64,000 nucleotides of DNA. Source: Treponema sp. (GTDB lineage: Bacteria > Spirochaetota > Spirochaetia > Treponematales > Treponemataceae). Positions 41,243-51,806 of this stretch are shown piece after piece. Where the stretch lies: NCBI RefSeq assembly GCF_016293645.1, contig NZ_JAEDDW010000002.1; one strand, written 5' to 3'. Under the pieces are notes generated by a model. It was not told where the DNA came from. It ran no database searches and saw only the letters and a program-made list of their open reading frames with translations. How positions within the stretch are numbered: the stretch's first letter is position 1; every line of letters begins with the position of its first letter. The position numbers were made by a program, and so were the translations under genes.

Positions 41243-41251
41243 GTTTCTGAA

Positions 41252-41300
41252 AAAGGCAGGAATGTTGTGGTTTTCATGGTGTTCCTGCCTTTAAATTTTT
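41252..41300 (+). terminator. Hairpin/terminator after rpsO
   Basis: AAAGGCAGGAA...TTCCTGCCTTT long stem. Confidence 0.7.
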
Positions 41301-41385
41301 GGAAATAAACGGGGTATTCCGGCTGTTCAAACGGAACATCCTTTGTCTGGCAACGGACATAAAAAGAAAATAAAGAACAAGGAAA

Positions 41386-43482
41386 ATGGTTATGGTACAG
41401 AGAGTAACTAGAAAAATCGGGGATCAGGAACTTATCCTCGAAACAGGAAAGATCGGTAAGCAGGCTAACGGCTGTGTTTACGCTCAGATCGGCGGAACTT
41501 CGGTTATTGCTACAGTCTGCTGTTCAAGTGATGTTAGGGAAGGTCTTGATTTCGTTCCTGTTACAGTTGAATACAACGAAAAGTTCTATGCTGCAGGTAA
41601 GATTCCTGGAGGCTTTGTAAAGAGAGAAGGTCGTCCAAAGGATAAGGAAATTCTTGTAAGCCGCCTTATCGACCGCCCTATGCGTCCGCTTTTTGAAACA
41701 GCATTCGGACGCGAAATTCAGATTGTTCCAACTTGTGTTTCAATCGACGGTGTTAACACACCAGACATTCTTGCAGTTCTCGCAGCTTCTGCTGCAGTTT
41801 CTATTTCAGACATTCCTTTCCATGGTCCGGTTGCAGCTTGCCGCGTAGGTTACCTTGATGGACAGTATGTCATCAACCCAACATACGAACAGATGGAAAA
41901 GGTTCAGCTTGAAATCGTTGTTGCCGGTACAAAAGACGGCTTTACAATGGTAGAAGGCGGTGCCAACGAAGTTTCTGAAGATGTAATGCTCGGCGCCCTT
42001 GAAAAGGCTCAGGGATTCATCACAGAAATGTGTCTCCTCCAGGAAGAACTGGTTAAGCTTGCAGGTAAGGAAAAGCTCCCTCTTGCTCCACTCAACGTTG
42101 AACTTGAAAACAAGGAAGCCATCAAGGCAGAGGCACTTCCTCTCATGAAAGTTGCATGTTTCAAAGAAGGAAAGATGGCTCGCTCAGAAGCCGTAAAGGA
42201 AGTTAAGAAGCAGATTGCAGAAAAGTATGCAGACCAGCTTGCTGATGAAGTTCAGGCCAAGCTCTTTGGTGCACTTTTTGATGACATCCAGTATGAACTT
42301 CTCCGCTCAAGCATCCTCGAAACAGGCATGCGCATTGACGGTCGTGGAACAGATCAGATTCGTCCAATTACTTGCGAGATCAACGTTCTTCCACGCCCTC
42401 ACGGATCTGCACTCTTTACTCGTGGTGAAACACAGTCCCTCGCTGTTACAACTCTTGGTACTGCAATGGATGAACAGGTATATGATGACATTGAAGGCGA
42501 CAGAAGCGAAAACTTCATCCTTCACTACAACTTCCCTCCATATTCTGTAGGTGAAACAGGTAAGCTTACAACAGGACGCCGCGAAATCGGTCACGGTAAC
42601 CTTGCACGCCGCTCACTTGCTCCAATGATTCCTTCAAAGGCAGAATTCCCATACACAATCCGTGTTGTTTCTGAAATCATGGAATCAAACGGTTCATCTT
42701 CTCAGGCTTCAACTTGTGGCGGATGTCTTTCACTCCTTGCAGCCGGTGTTCCAATGAAGAAGATGGTTGCAGGTATTGCAATGGGTCTTATCACAAGCGA
42801 TGAAAAGTACACAAAGTATGCAATTCTTTCTGATATCCTTGGTGAAGAAGATCACCTTGGCGACATGGACTTCAAGGTAGCAGGTACCCGCGACGGTATC
42901 ACAGGCTTCCAGATGGACATCAAGATCGCCGGTGTTTCAATGGAAATCATGAAGAAGGCTCTTGCTCAGGCTAAGGACGGACGCAACCACATCCTCGACA
43001 TCATGGAGAAGTGCATCAACAAGCCTCAGCCAATCAGCCAGTTTGCTCCTAAGATTGAATCCCTCAAGATACCTATCGACAAGATCGGTGCCCTCATTGG
43101 TCCTGGCGGAAAGAACGTCAAGGCTCTCTGTCAGCAGTACGGTGTTACAATCAATACTGACGATGACGGAACTGTTACAATCTACGGTAAGACAGGCGAA
43201 GCCGCAGACAAGGCAAAGGCTGCCGTCAAGGGTATCTGTGAAGATCCGGAGCCAGGTACAATCTACCAGGGTACTGTCAAGCGCATCATGGACTTCGGTG
43301 CATTCATAGAAATCCTCCCAGGTAAGGAAGGTCTCTGCCACATCTCCAAGCTTTCTCGCGCTCGCGTAGAAAAGGTAACAGATGTTCTCAAGGAAGGACA
43401 GGTTGTTCCGGTTAAGCTTCTTGAAGTTGACAAGATGGGACGCCTCAACCTCTCGTATATCGATGCTGTAGAATCTAAGTAA
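41386..43482 (+). CDS. pnp: Polyribonucleotide nucleotidyltransferase
   Basis: SRLIDRPMRP, FTRGETQ, RREIGHG, SNGSSS, GDMDFKVAG; KH and S1 domains. Confidence 0.98.
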   Translation: MVMVQRVTRKIGDQELILETGKIGKQANGCVYAQIGGTSVIATVCCSSDVREGLDFVPVTVEYNEKFYAAGKIPGGFVKREGRPKDKEILVSRLIDRPMRPLFETAFGREIQIVPTCVSIDGVNTPDILAVLAASAAVSISDIPFHGPVAACRVGYLDGQYVINPTYEQMEKVQLEIVVAGTKDGFTMVEGGANEVSEDVMLGALEKAQGFITEMCLLQEELVKLAGKEKLPLAPLNVELENKEAIKAEALPLMKVACFKEGKMARSEAVKEVKKQIAEKYADQLADEVQAKLFGALFDDIQYELLRSSILETGMRIDGRGTDQIRPITCEINVLPRPHGSALFTRGETQSLAVTTLGTAMDEQVYDDIEGDRSENFILHYNFPPYSVGETGKLTTGRREIGHGNLARRSLAPMIPSKAEFPYTIRVVSEIMESNGSSSQASTCGGCLSLLAAGVPMKKMVAGIAMGLITSDEKYTKYAILSDILGEEDHLGDMDFKVAGTRDGITGFQMDIKIAGVSMEIMKKALAQAKDGRNHILDIMEKCINKPQPISQFAPKIESLKIPIDKIGALIGPGGKNVKALCQQYGVTINTDDDGTVTIYGKTGEAADKAKAAVKGICEDPEPGTIYQGTVKRIMDFGAFIEILPGKEGLCHISKLSRARVEKVTDVLKEGQVVPVKLLEVDKMGRLNLSYIDAVESK

Positions 43483-43515
43483 ACAAGGAAACTGCAATAT
43501 CGTCACTAAAGTGAT

Positions 43516-43552
43516 AGACCGGTTCTGTTTGATTACAGGGCCGGTTTTTTTT
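43516..43552 (+). terminator. Intrinsic terminator after pnp
   Basis: GACCGGTTCTGT...ACAGGGCCGGTT plus T tract. Confidence 0.8.
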
Positions 43553-43582
43553 ATTCATGTGATATGCTATAATCCCACCACC

Positions 43583-44854
43583 ATGATTAACAAGCAGGTT
43601 CTCAAAAACAATGTCGTTCTTATAACCCAAAGTGATGAATCATCAAAAGTGGCGACTGTTGGATTTTATTTTTCCACCGGCAGCCGCTATGAAAAGGAAG
43701 GTGAGTACGGAATAAGCCATTTCACCGAGCATATGCTTTTCAAGGGAACTAAGACAAAAACAAACAGGGAGATTGCCCGTATTTTTGACAGAATGGGTGG
43801 AGTTACCAATGCCTTTACGGAACGTGAAAATGTAAGCGTCTATTGTTCCGTTCCTGTTGAAAAAGAGGAAAATTTTTCCATTGCCCTGGACACAATCTGT
43901 GACCTGTCGGAAAATTGTATTTTCCCTGAAGATGAAATGGAGAAGGAACGCGGGGTTGTCGAGAATGAAATTTATTCCGTCGAGGATGATCCTGATGATT
44001 CTTCCATGGATGAGATTGCCCGCCGTATGTGGCCGGATCAGGATATTTCCAGAACCATAACGGGTTCCGTAGATGATGTGGAATCGATAACACGTGACCA
44101 GATGATTTCATGGTATGATGAATATTTTATCCATGGAGAACTTGTGGTGATTGCCGCCGGAAAAATAGATGAGGCAATTCTTCTGGATCGCCTTGGAAAA
44201 CTTTCACAAAAAAAGCCGTCCGTGGAATTTTATAAAAATGCCCACTTCAAGGATAAAGTGGACTGGAGTTCCGGCACGTCCATAGTAAAGGCCAGGTTCA
44301 GCCAGGAACAGGTTTTTGCCCTTTTCCCTCTGGACTGGACTCTTTCCTACAAGGATTATCTTTCGCTTATGGTCTTTGATACCATTGCCGGAGACAGCAT
44401 GGGCAGCCGTCTTTTCCTTGAACTGAGGGAACGACTTGGCCTTTGTTACAGCGTCGGAAGTTTTTTCACAACCTATGAGAACGCAGGCTTTTGGGCGGCC
44501 TACCTGGTCTGTGAAAGCAAAAATACGGTCCGCGCCTGCCAGTCGCTTCTTCTGGAAATAAACAATCTTCTGGAAAAAGAAATTTCCCGGGAAGAAATCG
44601 ACATCGCCCTTGAGCGCATAAGCGGTCTTGAAATCATGAATGAAATAAATTCCGTGTTCCTCATGCGCCGTCTGTGGAATTTCTACAGCCTTGGTTTTGA
44701 ACTTATGGATACTGATGAATTCATAAAGTCTATACGGATGATAACTAAAGATGATATAATTTCATTTGTCAGACGCCTCATTGATCCTTCTGGAAGAAAT
44801 GTTGTCATTTATGGAAAGAAACTTTCAGCTTTTGACAGGAGAAAAATAAAATGA
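43583..44854 (+). CDS. M16 family zinc peptidase
   Basis: [14 protein letters not shown] (HXXEH), NAFT, SRLF.ELRE..GLCY. Start set at ATG 43583 after TGCTATAAT. Confidence 0.92.
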   Translation: MINKQVLKNNVVLITQSDESSKVATVGFYFSTGSRYEKEGEYGISHFTEHMLFKGTKTKTNREIARIFDRMGGVTNAFTERENVSVYCSVPVEKEENFSIALDTICDLSENCIFPEDEMEKERGVVENEIYSVEDDPDDSSMDEIARRMWPDQDISRTITGSVDDVESITRDQMISWYDEYFIHGELVVIAAGKIDEAILLDRLGKLSQKKPSVEFYKNAHFKDKVDWSSGTSIVKARFSQEQVFALFPLDWTLSYKDYLSLMVFDTIAGDSMGSRLFLELRERLGLCYSVGSFFTTYENAGFWAAYLVCESKNTVRACQSLLLEINNLLEKEISREEIDIALERISGLEIMNEINSVFLMRRLWNFYSLGFELMDTDEFIKSIRMITKDDIISFVRRLIDPSGRNVVIYGKKLSAFDRRKIK

Positions 44855-45291
44855 ATGAAGTAGATATAAAGATCATCGCAAACAAAGGTGCGGTTGTTCC
44901 ATGCTATAAGACGGCAGGTGCTGCTGGTGCTGATGTATGTGCTCTTCTTGATGATAAAGTTGTCCTGAAACCTGGAGAGAGGACAATCCTGCCTACAGGT
45001 CTTTTCTTTGAGATTCCACAGGGATATGAAATACAGGTACGTCCAAGAAGCGGACTTGCCGCAAAAAACGGAGTTACTGTCCTCAATACTCCTGGTACCA
45101 TTGACAGTGATTACCGCGGAGAGCTCAAGGTGATCCTCATAAATCTTGGTGATTCCGATTTTGAGATTTCAAGCGGAGACAGAATTGCACAGATTGTTGT
45201 CGCTCCAGTGACTTTGGGAAATTTCATCCAGGTAGAATCCATTTCAGAAACTGAACGCGGAACAGGCGGATTTGGAAGTACTGGTGTCTGA
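44851..45291 (+). CDS. dut: dUTP diphosphatase
   Basis: [34 protein letters not shown]. Confidence 0.97.
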   Translation: MNEVDIKIIANKGAVVPCYKTAGAAGADVCALLDDKVVLKPGERTILPTGLFFEIPQGYEIQVRPRSGLAAKNGVTVLNTPGTIDSDYRGELKVILINLGDSDFEISSGDRIAQIVVAPVTLGNFIQVESISETERGTGGFGSTGV

Positions 45292-45293
45292 AA

Positions 45294-46646
45294 ATGAATC
45301 TGAAAACATTAAAGGAAAAAATCGATAAGTTTTTGAATGCGGTGGATTTTGCCTGCGTTTATCTCTACAGGCAGTATGTCTACTTCAAGATCCTGTTTGC
45401 AAGAAAGACCAGAGAGCTCAAGAAAATAAAGGTCAGACGTAGTGTCTACAGATTCGGTTATTATGCTGGTAAAAAAATCGGCAGCAAAAAGATCATGCAT
45501 CTTTTTGTCGTGCTTACATACAGACACAAGTCCATAAAACAGAATATTCTCGTAAGATACATTGCGAAAGAACTGCTTCTGTATTTTGCCATCTGCTTTG
45601 CGTTTTTCTTTGTTATTTTCTTCGTGAACCAGATTCTACTCCTTGCGGAAACCATTCTGAAAAAGAGAGTCCCATTGGGTTCCGTAGTGAAGCTCATTAC
45701 TTATTGTCTGCCAGCGATCATCGCACAGTCCGCACCCTTTGCGACTCTTGTAGGATTTCTCATGTGCCTTGGTCGCCTTGTCACGGATAACGAAGTCCTT
45801 ATCTTCCGTGCAAGCGGTCAGAAATACAGCCTCATTCTTAAATCCGTCCTTTCCATGGGAATTCTGATCTCTTTGTTCAGTTTTGTCATGAACGATTATT
45901 TTCTTCCTCTGGGTACGATAAACTACAACAAACTTTTTAAGCAGATCATTGTCTCAAATCCTGCAATTGAACTTGAATCCATGTCCATAAAGCGAATGAA
46001 CGATTCCACGATTGTGATCGGCAATGTCAGCGGCAACAATGTAAGCGATCTTGTTTTTTTTGATACGGGAAAAGACGGTTCCCAAAGAATCATTATTGCC
46101 AAGGATTCTGAAATCAGAAAATCTTCTGCGGCGGGTGTTCTTATGCGCCTTGATATGAATGATTCCCTGGTTCTTATGCTCAATGATATTAAAAATCATG
46201 AATATGATACATTGACATCTGATAGTCTTGCGTTGAGCGTGTTTGAAAACTCAATCATTTCTTCCAACGGCGGAACTTCTCCACGTGAGATGACATCCTG
46301 GGACCTTAGAAAAGAAATAAAGAGAATGAAAAAGAATGAGAACATTTCTCCAAAACTTAAGAATATGTACAAGCTTGAATACAATAAGAAATTTGCAATG
46401 CCTTTCGGTTCCATATTCTTTGCTATACTGGCTTTCCCTCTTTCCCTGATTTTTGGTAGAAAAGATGGACAGACTCTTGGTATGATATTCGGTGTTATTA
46501 TTTCCGTCCTTTACTGGTCTGTCCAGATGGTAGGGCAGACTTTCGGCAACAGAGGCGGAATCAATGGATTCTGGGTAACATGGGGACCAAATTTCGTTCT
46601 TGGTCTTCTGGGAATAATTCTTTATCTGAGGCTTAAGAAAAAATGA
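45294..46646 (+). CDS. LptF/LptG family permease
   Basis: RYIAKELL, GRLVTDNEVLIFRASG, KKFAMPF, W.PN; about 85-aa extra N-terminal segment. Confidence 0.85.
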   Translation: MNLKTLKEKIDKFLNAVDFACVYLYRQYVYFKILFARKTRELKKIKVRRSVYRFGYYAGKKIGSKKIMHLFVVLTYRHKSIKQNILVRYIAKELLLYFAICFAFFFVIFFVNQILLLAETILKKRVPLGSVVKLITYCLPAIIAQSAPFATLVGFLMCLGRLVTDNEVLIFRASGQKYSLILKSVLSMGILISLFSFVMNDYFLPLGTINYNKLFKQIIVSNPAIELESMSIKRMNDSTIVIGNVSGNNVSDLVFFDTGKDGSQRIIIAKDSEIRKSSAAGVLMRLDMNDSLVLMLNDIKNHEYDTLTSDSLALSVFENSIISSNGGTSPREMTSWDLRKEIKRMKKNENISPKLKNMYKLEYNKKFAMPFGSIFFAILAFPLSLIFGRKDGQTLGMIFGVIISVLYWSVQMVGQTFGNRGGINGFWVTWGPNFVLGLLGIILYLRLKKK

Positions 46647-47713
46647 AAATTGTCAAATACATGCTGCGAAGTTTTTTCCCTGTCTTCATGGGAGCCCTCG
46701 TTTTCTTCATTCTGATTCTTTGTCTCACAGATCTTTTCATGAATCTCTGGAACTATGTAAACAAAAATGTTTCCACCAGTGACATCGGTCTCATTCTTAT
46801 CTATTACATTCCTAAGACGGTGTGGTATTCGGTGCCCATAGCGATGCTGTTTGCCACTGCCTACATGCTCAGTGATTTTTATGCGAAAAATGAACTTCTT
46901 GCGGTTTTCGCTTCAGGAATTTCACTGCTCAGGTTTACCATTCCGCTGCTTGTCGTTGCGGCTTTCATGAGTGTCGGTCTTTTTTTCTTTGAAAATACTC
47001 TTGTTGTTCCGACCTATTCAAAGAAAGTACATCTGCAGGAATTTGTCCTCAATAAGGAAAAATCACTGAACAACGACAAGATTGTCATCATGTCCAATGA
47101 AGGTCGTGTGATATACAAGGCAGATTTTTTTGACAATTCATTGATGCGTCTGTATAACGTCTATATTGTTTTCCGTGACGATGAAAAAAATCTGGAAGCC
47201 ATGGTTTTCAGTGATAATGCGACATGGATCAATGGCAGATGGATTTTGAGCAATCCAATAGAATATAAATATGACGGTGAGGAAGTCAGTGTCATAGGAG
47301 CTGAAAAAGAATTGCTTGAGCTTCTTGACGAGCCTCCTGAGACTTTCAGAAACAATACCATTTCCGTTGAGGAAGTAAACACTAAAGAAGCAAGAATCTA
47401 TATTGAACATCTTGAGAAGGCAGGTTTGCCGAGTGCGGAAGAAAAATCCGTCTACTACAAAAAATATGCATTCCCGTTTGTTGTCTTCATCGTCGTTTTT
47501 CTTGCTGTCGGATTAAGTGGAAAAACAAGAAAGAATGTTCTTCTGGTAAGTCTTGGTCTTAGTATTACGGCTGTTGTTCTTTTCTATGTGACTCAGATGG
47601 TTACGATGCTTATGGCAAAGTTTCAGACCATTCCGCCTTTGTTTGGCGCCTGGTTCCCTGTTGTCCTGTTCATATTCATAAGCAGCATTCTTTTGAAATA
47701 CGCGCGAACATAG
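46643..47713 (+). CDS. LptF/LptG family permease
   Basis: KNELLAVFASGISL.R, KKYAFPF, GAWFP. Confidence 0.87.
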   Translation: MKIVKYMLRSFFPVFMGALVFFILILCLTDLFMNLWNYVNKNVSTSDIGLILIYYIPKTVWYSVPIAMLFATAYMLSDFYAKNELLAVFASGISLLRFTIPLLVVAAFMSVGLFFFENTLVVPTYSKKVHLQEFVLNKEKSLNNDKIVIMSNEGRVIYKADFFDNSLMRLYNVYIVFRDDEKNLEAMVFSDNATWINGRWILSNPIEYKYDGEEVSVIGAEKELLELLDEPPETFRNNTISVEEVNTKEARIYIEHLEKAGLPSAEEKSVYYKKYAFPFVVFIVVFLAVGLSGKTRKNVLLVSLGLSITAVVLFYVTQMVTMLMAKFQTIPPLFGAWFPVVLFIFISSILLKYART

Positions 47714-47726
47714 TTTGGGGATAGAT

Positions 47727-48863
47727 ATGATTGAAAATTTTTTTGAGATTCATCACGATAATAAAGATTCGCTTGCCCGCACAGGAGTCATGCATCTTCC
47801 TCATGGTGATGTTGAAACTCCTGTATTCATGCCCGTCGGTACAAAAGGTACTGTAAAGGCCCTTACGAAAGATGACCTTGAGGAGATTGGGTTTGAGATC
47901 ATTCTTGCCAATACCTATCACATGTATCTTCGTCCGGGAGCAGATCTTGTAAAAGAAGCCGGGGGACTCCATGGTTTTACAAAATGGAACAGAAACTTTC
48001 TTACAGATTCCGGTGGATTCCAGGTGTGGTCCCTTTCAAAACTCCGTAAAATCAAAAACGAGGGAATTGAATTCCGCAGCGACATAGACGGCAGCAAACA
48101 TTTCTTTACGCCTGAGAATGTAGTCCAGACCCAGGTAAAACTGAACAGCGACATCCAGATGCAGCTCGATGTTTGTTCAGGATTTGGTGTTGACCGTGCG
48201 GAGGCTGAACGTGCACTCCGGCTTTCGTCACAGTGGGCCCAGCGTGCGATCACCGAGTGGAACATCCACAGGGAAAGCGGATACAAGGGAATCCTTTTTC
48301 CGATTGTCCAGGGAAATTTTTTTGATGATCTCAGAAAAGAAAGCGCTGAATTTGTTGATTCTCTTGATACGCCAGGACTAGCCATCGGTGGACTCAGTGT
48401 TGGCGAACCTGCCGACATCTATGCGGAAAAACTTCAGTATACGGTTCAGTTTCTTTCTCGCAGCAAACCTCGTTATGTAATGGGAATCGGTACTCCGGAA
48501 TACATTCTTGAAGCCGTTGCCAATGGAATCGACATGTTTGACTGCGTGCAGCCTACAAGGATTGCCCGTCACGGACTTTATTTTTCAAAAAAAGGAATGG
48601 TTTCCATCAAGCAGGCCCGCTATGAGCATGATTTTGGATGCATTGATCCTGAATGTAAATGCAAGGTCTGTACGACCTATTCCCGTGCTTACCTTCGCCA
48701 TATATTCCGAGAGCAGGAAATTCTTTCTTCCATGCTTGCAAGCTACCATAACCTGTATTTCCTCCAAAACATGATCAGGGAAATCCGTCAGGCGATCAAT
48801 GAAGACCGTTTTGAGGAATACAGAAGAAGATTCCTTGAAGATTTCCATTCAGGTGAGGTGTAA
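47727..48863 (+). CDS. tgt: tRNA-guanine transglycosylase
   Basis: TP.FMPVGT, NTYH, TDSGGFQ, GGLSVGE, DMFDCV, C.C..C zinc site, HNL. Confidence 0.97.
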   Translation: MIENFFEIHHDNKDSLARTGVMHLPHGDVETPVFMPVGTKGTVKALTKDDLEEIGFEIILANTYHMYLRPGADLVKEAGGLHGFTKWNRNFLTDSGGFQVWSLSKLRKIKNEGIEFRSDIDGSKHFFTPENVVQTQVKLNSDIQMQLDVCSGFGVDRAEAERALRLSSQWAQRAITEWNIHRESGYKGILFPIVQGNFFDDLRKESAEFVDSLDTPGLAIGGLSVGEPADIYAEKLQYTVQFLSRSKPRYVMGIGTPEYILEAVANGIDMFDCVQPTRIARHGLYFSKKGMVSIKQARYEHDFGCIDPECKCKVCTTYSRAYLRHIFREQEILSSMLASYHNLYFLQNMIREIRQAINEDRFEEYRRRFLEDFHSGEV

Positions 48864-48866
48864 TTT

Positions 48867-50666
48867 ATGAAGAAAAGCGTTGTTGTTTTTTCCGTTGCGT
48901 TGCTTTTTTCTTTGTCTGTCTATTCCCAGGAAGCAGTTGTGGAATCAGAGAAAAGCTCCGCATCTGAAACTGTTTCGGCTGAAGTGACCTCTGTGGCTGA
49001 AGATTTTTCTGGTGAAATTGTTTCCGATGGTACTGCTGATGAAATTTCTGTTTCCGATGAAGCTGAGGTCGTCTCATCATTTGAGGAAGAAGGTTTTGAA
49101 GATCCGGTTCTTGAGTCATACAATGAAAGTCCTGCTGATAAAAAAGAAAAGAAACGTTATGAATATACAAAGGAAAAGACTGTTCCGGCTGTGAAAAGAC
49201 CGTCAAGGCATGAGTCAAAGAACGACTTTGTCGACAAGTCTGAAAACTATGTCGAGGAGAGCAATGCCGTTTTCAAATATGGACTTGAAAGTCAGATCAG
49301 CAGCCTCATAGATGAACTTACGACAAATGAAGACATGCGCTTTGTTGACCAGATCTATGATCTTTTTTATGAAACAAAAGATGTTGTCGTAAAGGATAAG
49401 ATCATTGAATACTTTACGAAGCTCAAGGATCCATGTCTTGGTTCCTATGCATGCGAAGTCATAAACGATCCTTATGAAATCAGAAAGGATACGGTGGACA
49501 GATGTTTCCGCTATGTTTCAGAAGCCCAGATCAAGGAAGCGGTTCCCGGCCTTGTTGACCTTGTGGACAAGGAAGAGGATGATTATTTTACAGGAGCCCT
49601 TACTGCCCTTGGTGATCTTGGTGAAAGGGAAGAGGCGGAATTCCTCGCTGACTATCTTGATCGTGATGACCTGAAGGTTGCCCAGCGTCAGGCTTTGATG
49701 AAAGTCCTTGGTAGAATCAAGGCGGTGGAAACATGGGAAAAGATCTCGCAGATTGCCCAGGACGAAGATGAAAATTCTTTTGTCCGCATGTATGCCGCAG
49801 AGGCGATCGGTGCCATGGAAAAACCGGAATCTGAAGACATACTTGTTGCTCTTTTTGAATCGACGGATCCAAACCTCAGATGCTATGTTGTGAAGGGTAT
49901 TGCCCATTTCAATGACGATAAGGCAGACAAGGTGATCATACAGGCTTTGAGGGATTCCCAGTACAAGGTCCGCATAGAGGCCATTGAAGCTGTAAAGAAT
50001 CGTGAGATGAAGGAAGCCGTTCCATATCTTGTTTTCAGGTGCAAGGATAAGGATGAGCTAAAGGCTGTAAAAGAAAAGAGTTATAGTGTCATTGCCAAAC
50101 TTGATGTTGCGGAAGGCAATGAATATCTTGTTGAGATTCTCAAGGATAAAAAAATCGCAGGCGGAACGAAGTCGAAGGTTGCATCGGTTCTTCTTGAGGA
50201 AAATAAGGCCGGAACTACAGAAGTTCTTGAGCTTGCCAGAAGCGCCCTTAAAAGTGAATTGAAGGATCAGAAAAATTTACGCTATGCCCTCGGAAAGGAA
50301 TTTGCAAAATATTCACGGCCAGAATTTGCCGACATATGCGGTGAATACCTTGAAAGCAAGGATGTCGCAACCCAGGGTACAGGTCTTGACATCTGGTCAA
50401 AGGGGCGTTATTCGTCTTGCCGGGCAAAGGTCGAGGAAATCGCAAGCGATGCCATCGAGGAAGAAAAGACTGAAGAAGACAGTGCTGAGAAATCCGCAAA
50501 GCCAGGAACCTATAAATTCGGACAGAAAAGGAAAAATGCCAATGCAAAGAAGGCAAAGCGCATTCTTGAAATGGACGGAACAAGCACAGTCACAAAGCCT
50601 GCTGAAGTCGAGGCCGTAACAGGCGCTGCATCTTCAGCATCGTCGGATACGGACAATGCAAAATAA
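48867..50666 (+). CDS. Exported HEAT-repeat protein
   Basis: Signal peptide; acidic linker; VRMYAAEAIG and VRIEAIEAV HEAT-like repeats. Confidence 0.8.
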   Translation: MKKSVVVFSVALLFSLSVYSQEAVVESEKSSASETVSAEVTSVAEDFSGEIVSDGTADEISVSDEAEVVSSFEEEGFEDPVLESYNESPADKKEKKRYEYTKEKTVPAVKRPSRHESKNDFVDKSENYVEESNAVFKYGLESQISSLIDELTTNEDMRFVDQIYDLFYETKDVVVKDKIIEYFTKLKDPCLGSYACEVINDPYEIRKDTVDRCFRYVSEAQIKEAVPGLVDLVDKEEDDYFTGALTALGDLGEREEAEFLADYLDRDDLKVAQRQALMKVLGRIKAVETWEKISQIAQDEDENSFVRMYAAEAIGAMEKPESEDILVALFESTDPNLRCYVVKGIAHFNDDKADKVIIQALRDSQYKVRIEAIEAVKNREMKEAVPYLVFRCKDKDELKAVKEKSYSVIAKLDVAEGNEYLVEILKDKKIAGGTKSKVASVLLEENKAGTTEVLELARSALKSELKDQKNLRYALGKEFAKYSRPEFADICGEYLESKDVATQGTGLDIWSKGRYSSCRAKVEEIASDAIEEEKTEEDSAEKSAKPGTYKFGQKRKNANAKKAKRILEMDGTSTVTKPAEVEAVTGAASSASSDTDNAK

Positions 50667-50714
50667 TTTTTGAAAGAATAATGCAAAAAAATTAATAAAA
50701 AATTGGAAATGCTA

Positions 50715-50743
50715 TTGACACTGAACCTGCGAATTGATATATT
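50715..50743 (+). promoter_or_regulatory. tRNA promoter
   Basis: TTGACA 50715-20, 17 bp, TG-n-TATATT 50738-43. Confidence 0.75.
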
Positions 50744-50770
50744 AAAGTCACGATTTGCGGAAACGCAGAT

Positions 50771-50852
50771 GCGGGGATGGTGGAATTGGTAGACACGCTA
50801 GCTTGAGGTGCTAGTGGCGCGAGCTGTGCCTGTTCAAGTCAGGTTCTCCGCA
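50771..50852 (+). tRNA. tRNA-Leu (anticodon GAG), CCA not encoded
   Basis: GCGGGGA/TCTCCGC acceptor stem; TGGTAGAC D-loop; CTAGC-TTGAGGT-GCTAG anticodon arm; variable arm; TTCAAGT T-loop. Confidence 0.95.
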
Positions 50853-50854
50853 CG

Positions 50855-50888
50855 AAAGCAGTTGCTGAAAAGTGACTGCTTTTTTTTA
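50855..50888 (+). terminator. Intrinsic terminator after tRNA
   Basis: AAAGCAGTTGC...GTGACTGCTTT plus T tract. Confidence 0.8.
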
Positions 50889-50915
50889 TTTAAATCAAAT
50901 TGTTACGAGGTTTGT

Positions 50916-51668
50916 ATGCTGGCCGTTTTTGTCAATTGCGTTGCCGTAGTTCTGGGTTCCCTTCTTGGTCTTCTGGTTGCAGGCCGCATGTCCAGGAAAA
51001 TGGAGGATGTGATTCAGACTGGTGCTGGATTCATCACACTGATTTTGGGAATGCAGATGGCATTTAAATATCAGAATGTTTGTTTTCTTACACTTGCGAT
51101 CATTTTGGGCGGTATCATAGGTACCATAATTGATCTTGATGCCAAGATACTTTCTTTGGGTAAACTTCTTGCACGCCTGGTTCCGCAAAAAAACAGTGAA
51201 TCATGCCCTGAAAAGGGTGATGGTGAAACTGCGCTTTCTTCAAACAGGAATTTTGCCTATGCATTCCTCAATGCGAGCGTTTTATTTTGCGTAGGTGCCA
51301 TGGCCATCCTCGGGTCTTTCAAGGCCGGTATTGAAAAAGACTATTCGATAATCTTTACAAAAAGCATTCTCGACGGTTTCATGGCCATTTCCTTCACTGC
51401 CGCCATGGGAATCGGTACGGCATTCAGTGCCATTGCCATTTTCCTCTATCAGGGTGCCCTTACTTTGCTGAGCGTAGCGGTTCAGCCTTACGTATCAGAC
51501 GTTATGCTGGCGGAACTGACGGGCAGCGGAGGAGTGCTGATCTGCATGATAGGCATCAATCTCATCGGATTGAAGAAAATCAAGACCGCAAACTATCTTC
51601 CGGCTGTGGTTTTCACCGTGCTTTTCGTGCTTCTTGAAAGTCCCGTAAGAAATCTTCTTGGAATTTAG
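50916..51668 (+). CDS. DUF554-type membrane protein
   Basis: VN..AVVLGS..G, AS.LFCVGAMAILGS, KSILDG, YQG; GAGG RBS; true start ATG 50916. Confidence 0.85.
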   Translation: MLAVFVNCVAVVLGSLLGLLVAGRMSRKMEDVIQTGAGFITLILGMQMAFKYQNVCFLTLAIILGGIIGTIIDLDAKILSLGKLLARLVPQKNSESCPEKGDGETALSSNRNFAYAFLNASVLFCVGAMAILGSFKAGIEKDYSIIFTKSILDGFMAISFTAAMGIGTAFSAIAIFLYQGALTLLSVAVQPYVSDVMLAELTGSGGVLICMIGINLIGLKKIKTANYLPAVVFTVLFVLLESPVRNLLGI

Positions 51669-51741
51669 GAAATTCGCGGAATTCCTACGAAATTCTTTAC
51701 GAATTCAGACAGAATTCTTTGGAATTTGAGGTTGAATTTGT

Positions 51742-51770
51742 TTGACTTCTGCTTTTTTAGGTCTTATAAT
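51742..51770 (+). promoter_or_regulatory. Promoter of sugar ABC ATPase
   Basis: TTGACT 51742-47, 17 bp, TATAAT 51765-70; GGGAGG RBS downstream. Confidence 0.75.
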
Positions 51771-51806
51771 GTTCCGTATAATATAAACCCTTAGGGAGGC
51801 CTAAAA

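Noticed and set aside
50808..50915. N-terminal extension of the DUF554-type ORF
   Set aside because: Overlaps tRNA-Leu and its terminator; an SD supports ATG 50916
50771..51668. tRNA-anchored genomic island or prophage att site
   Set aside because: No integrase, no duplicated tRNA 3' end seen, and the flanking genes are ordinary
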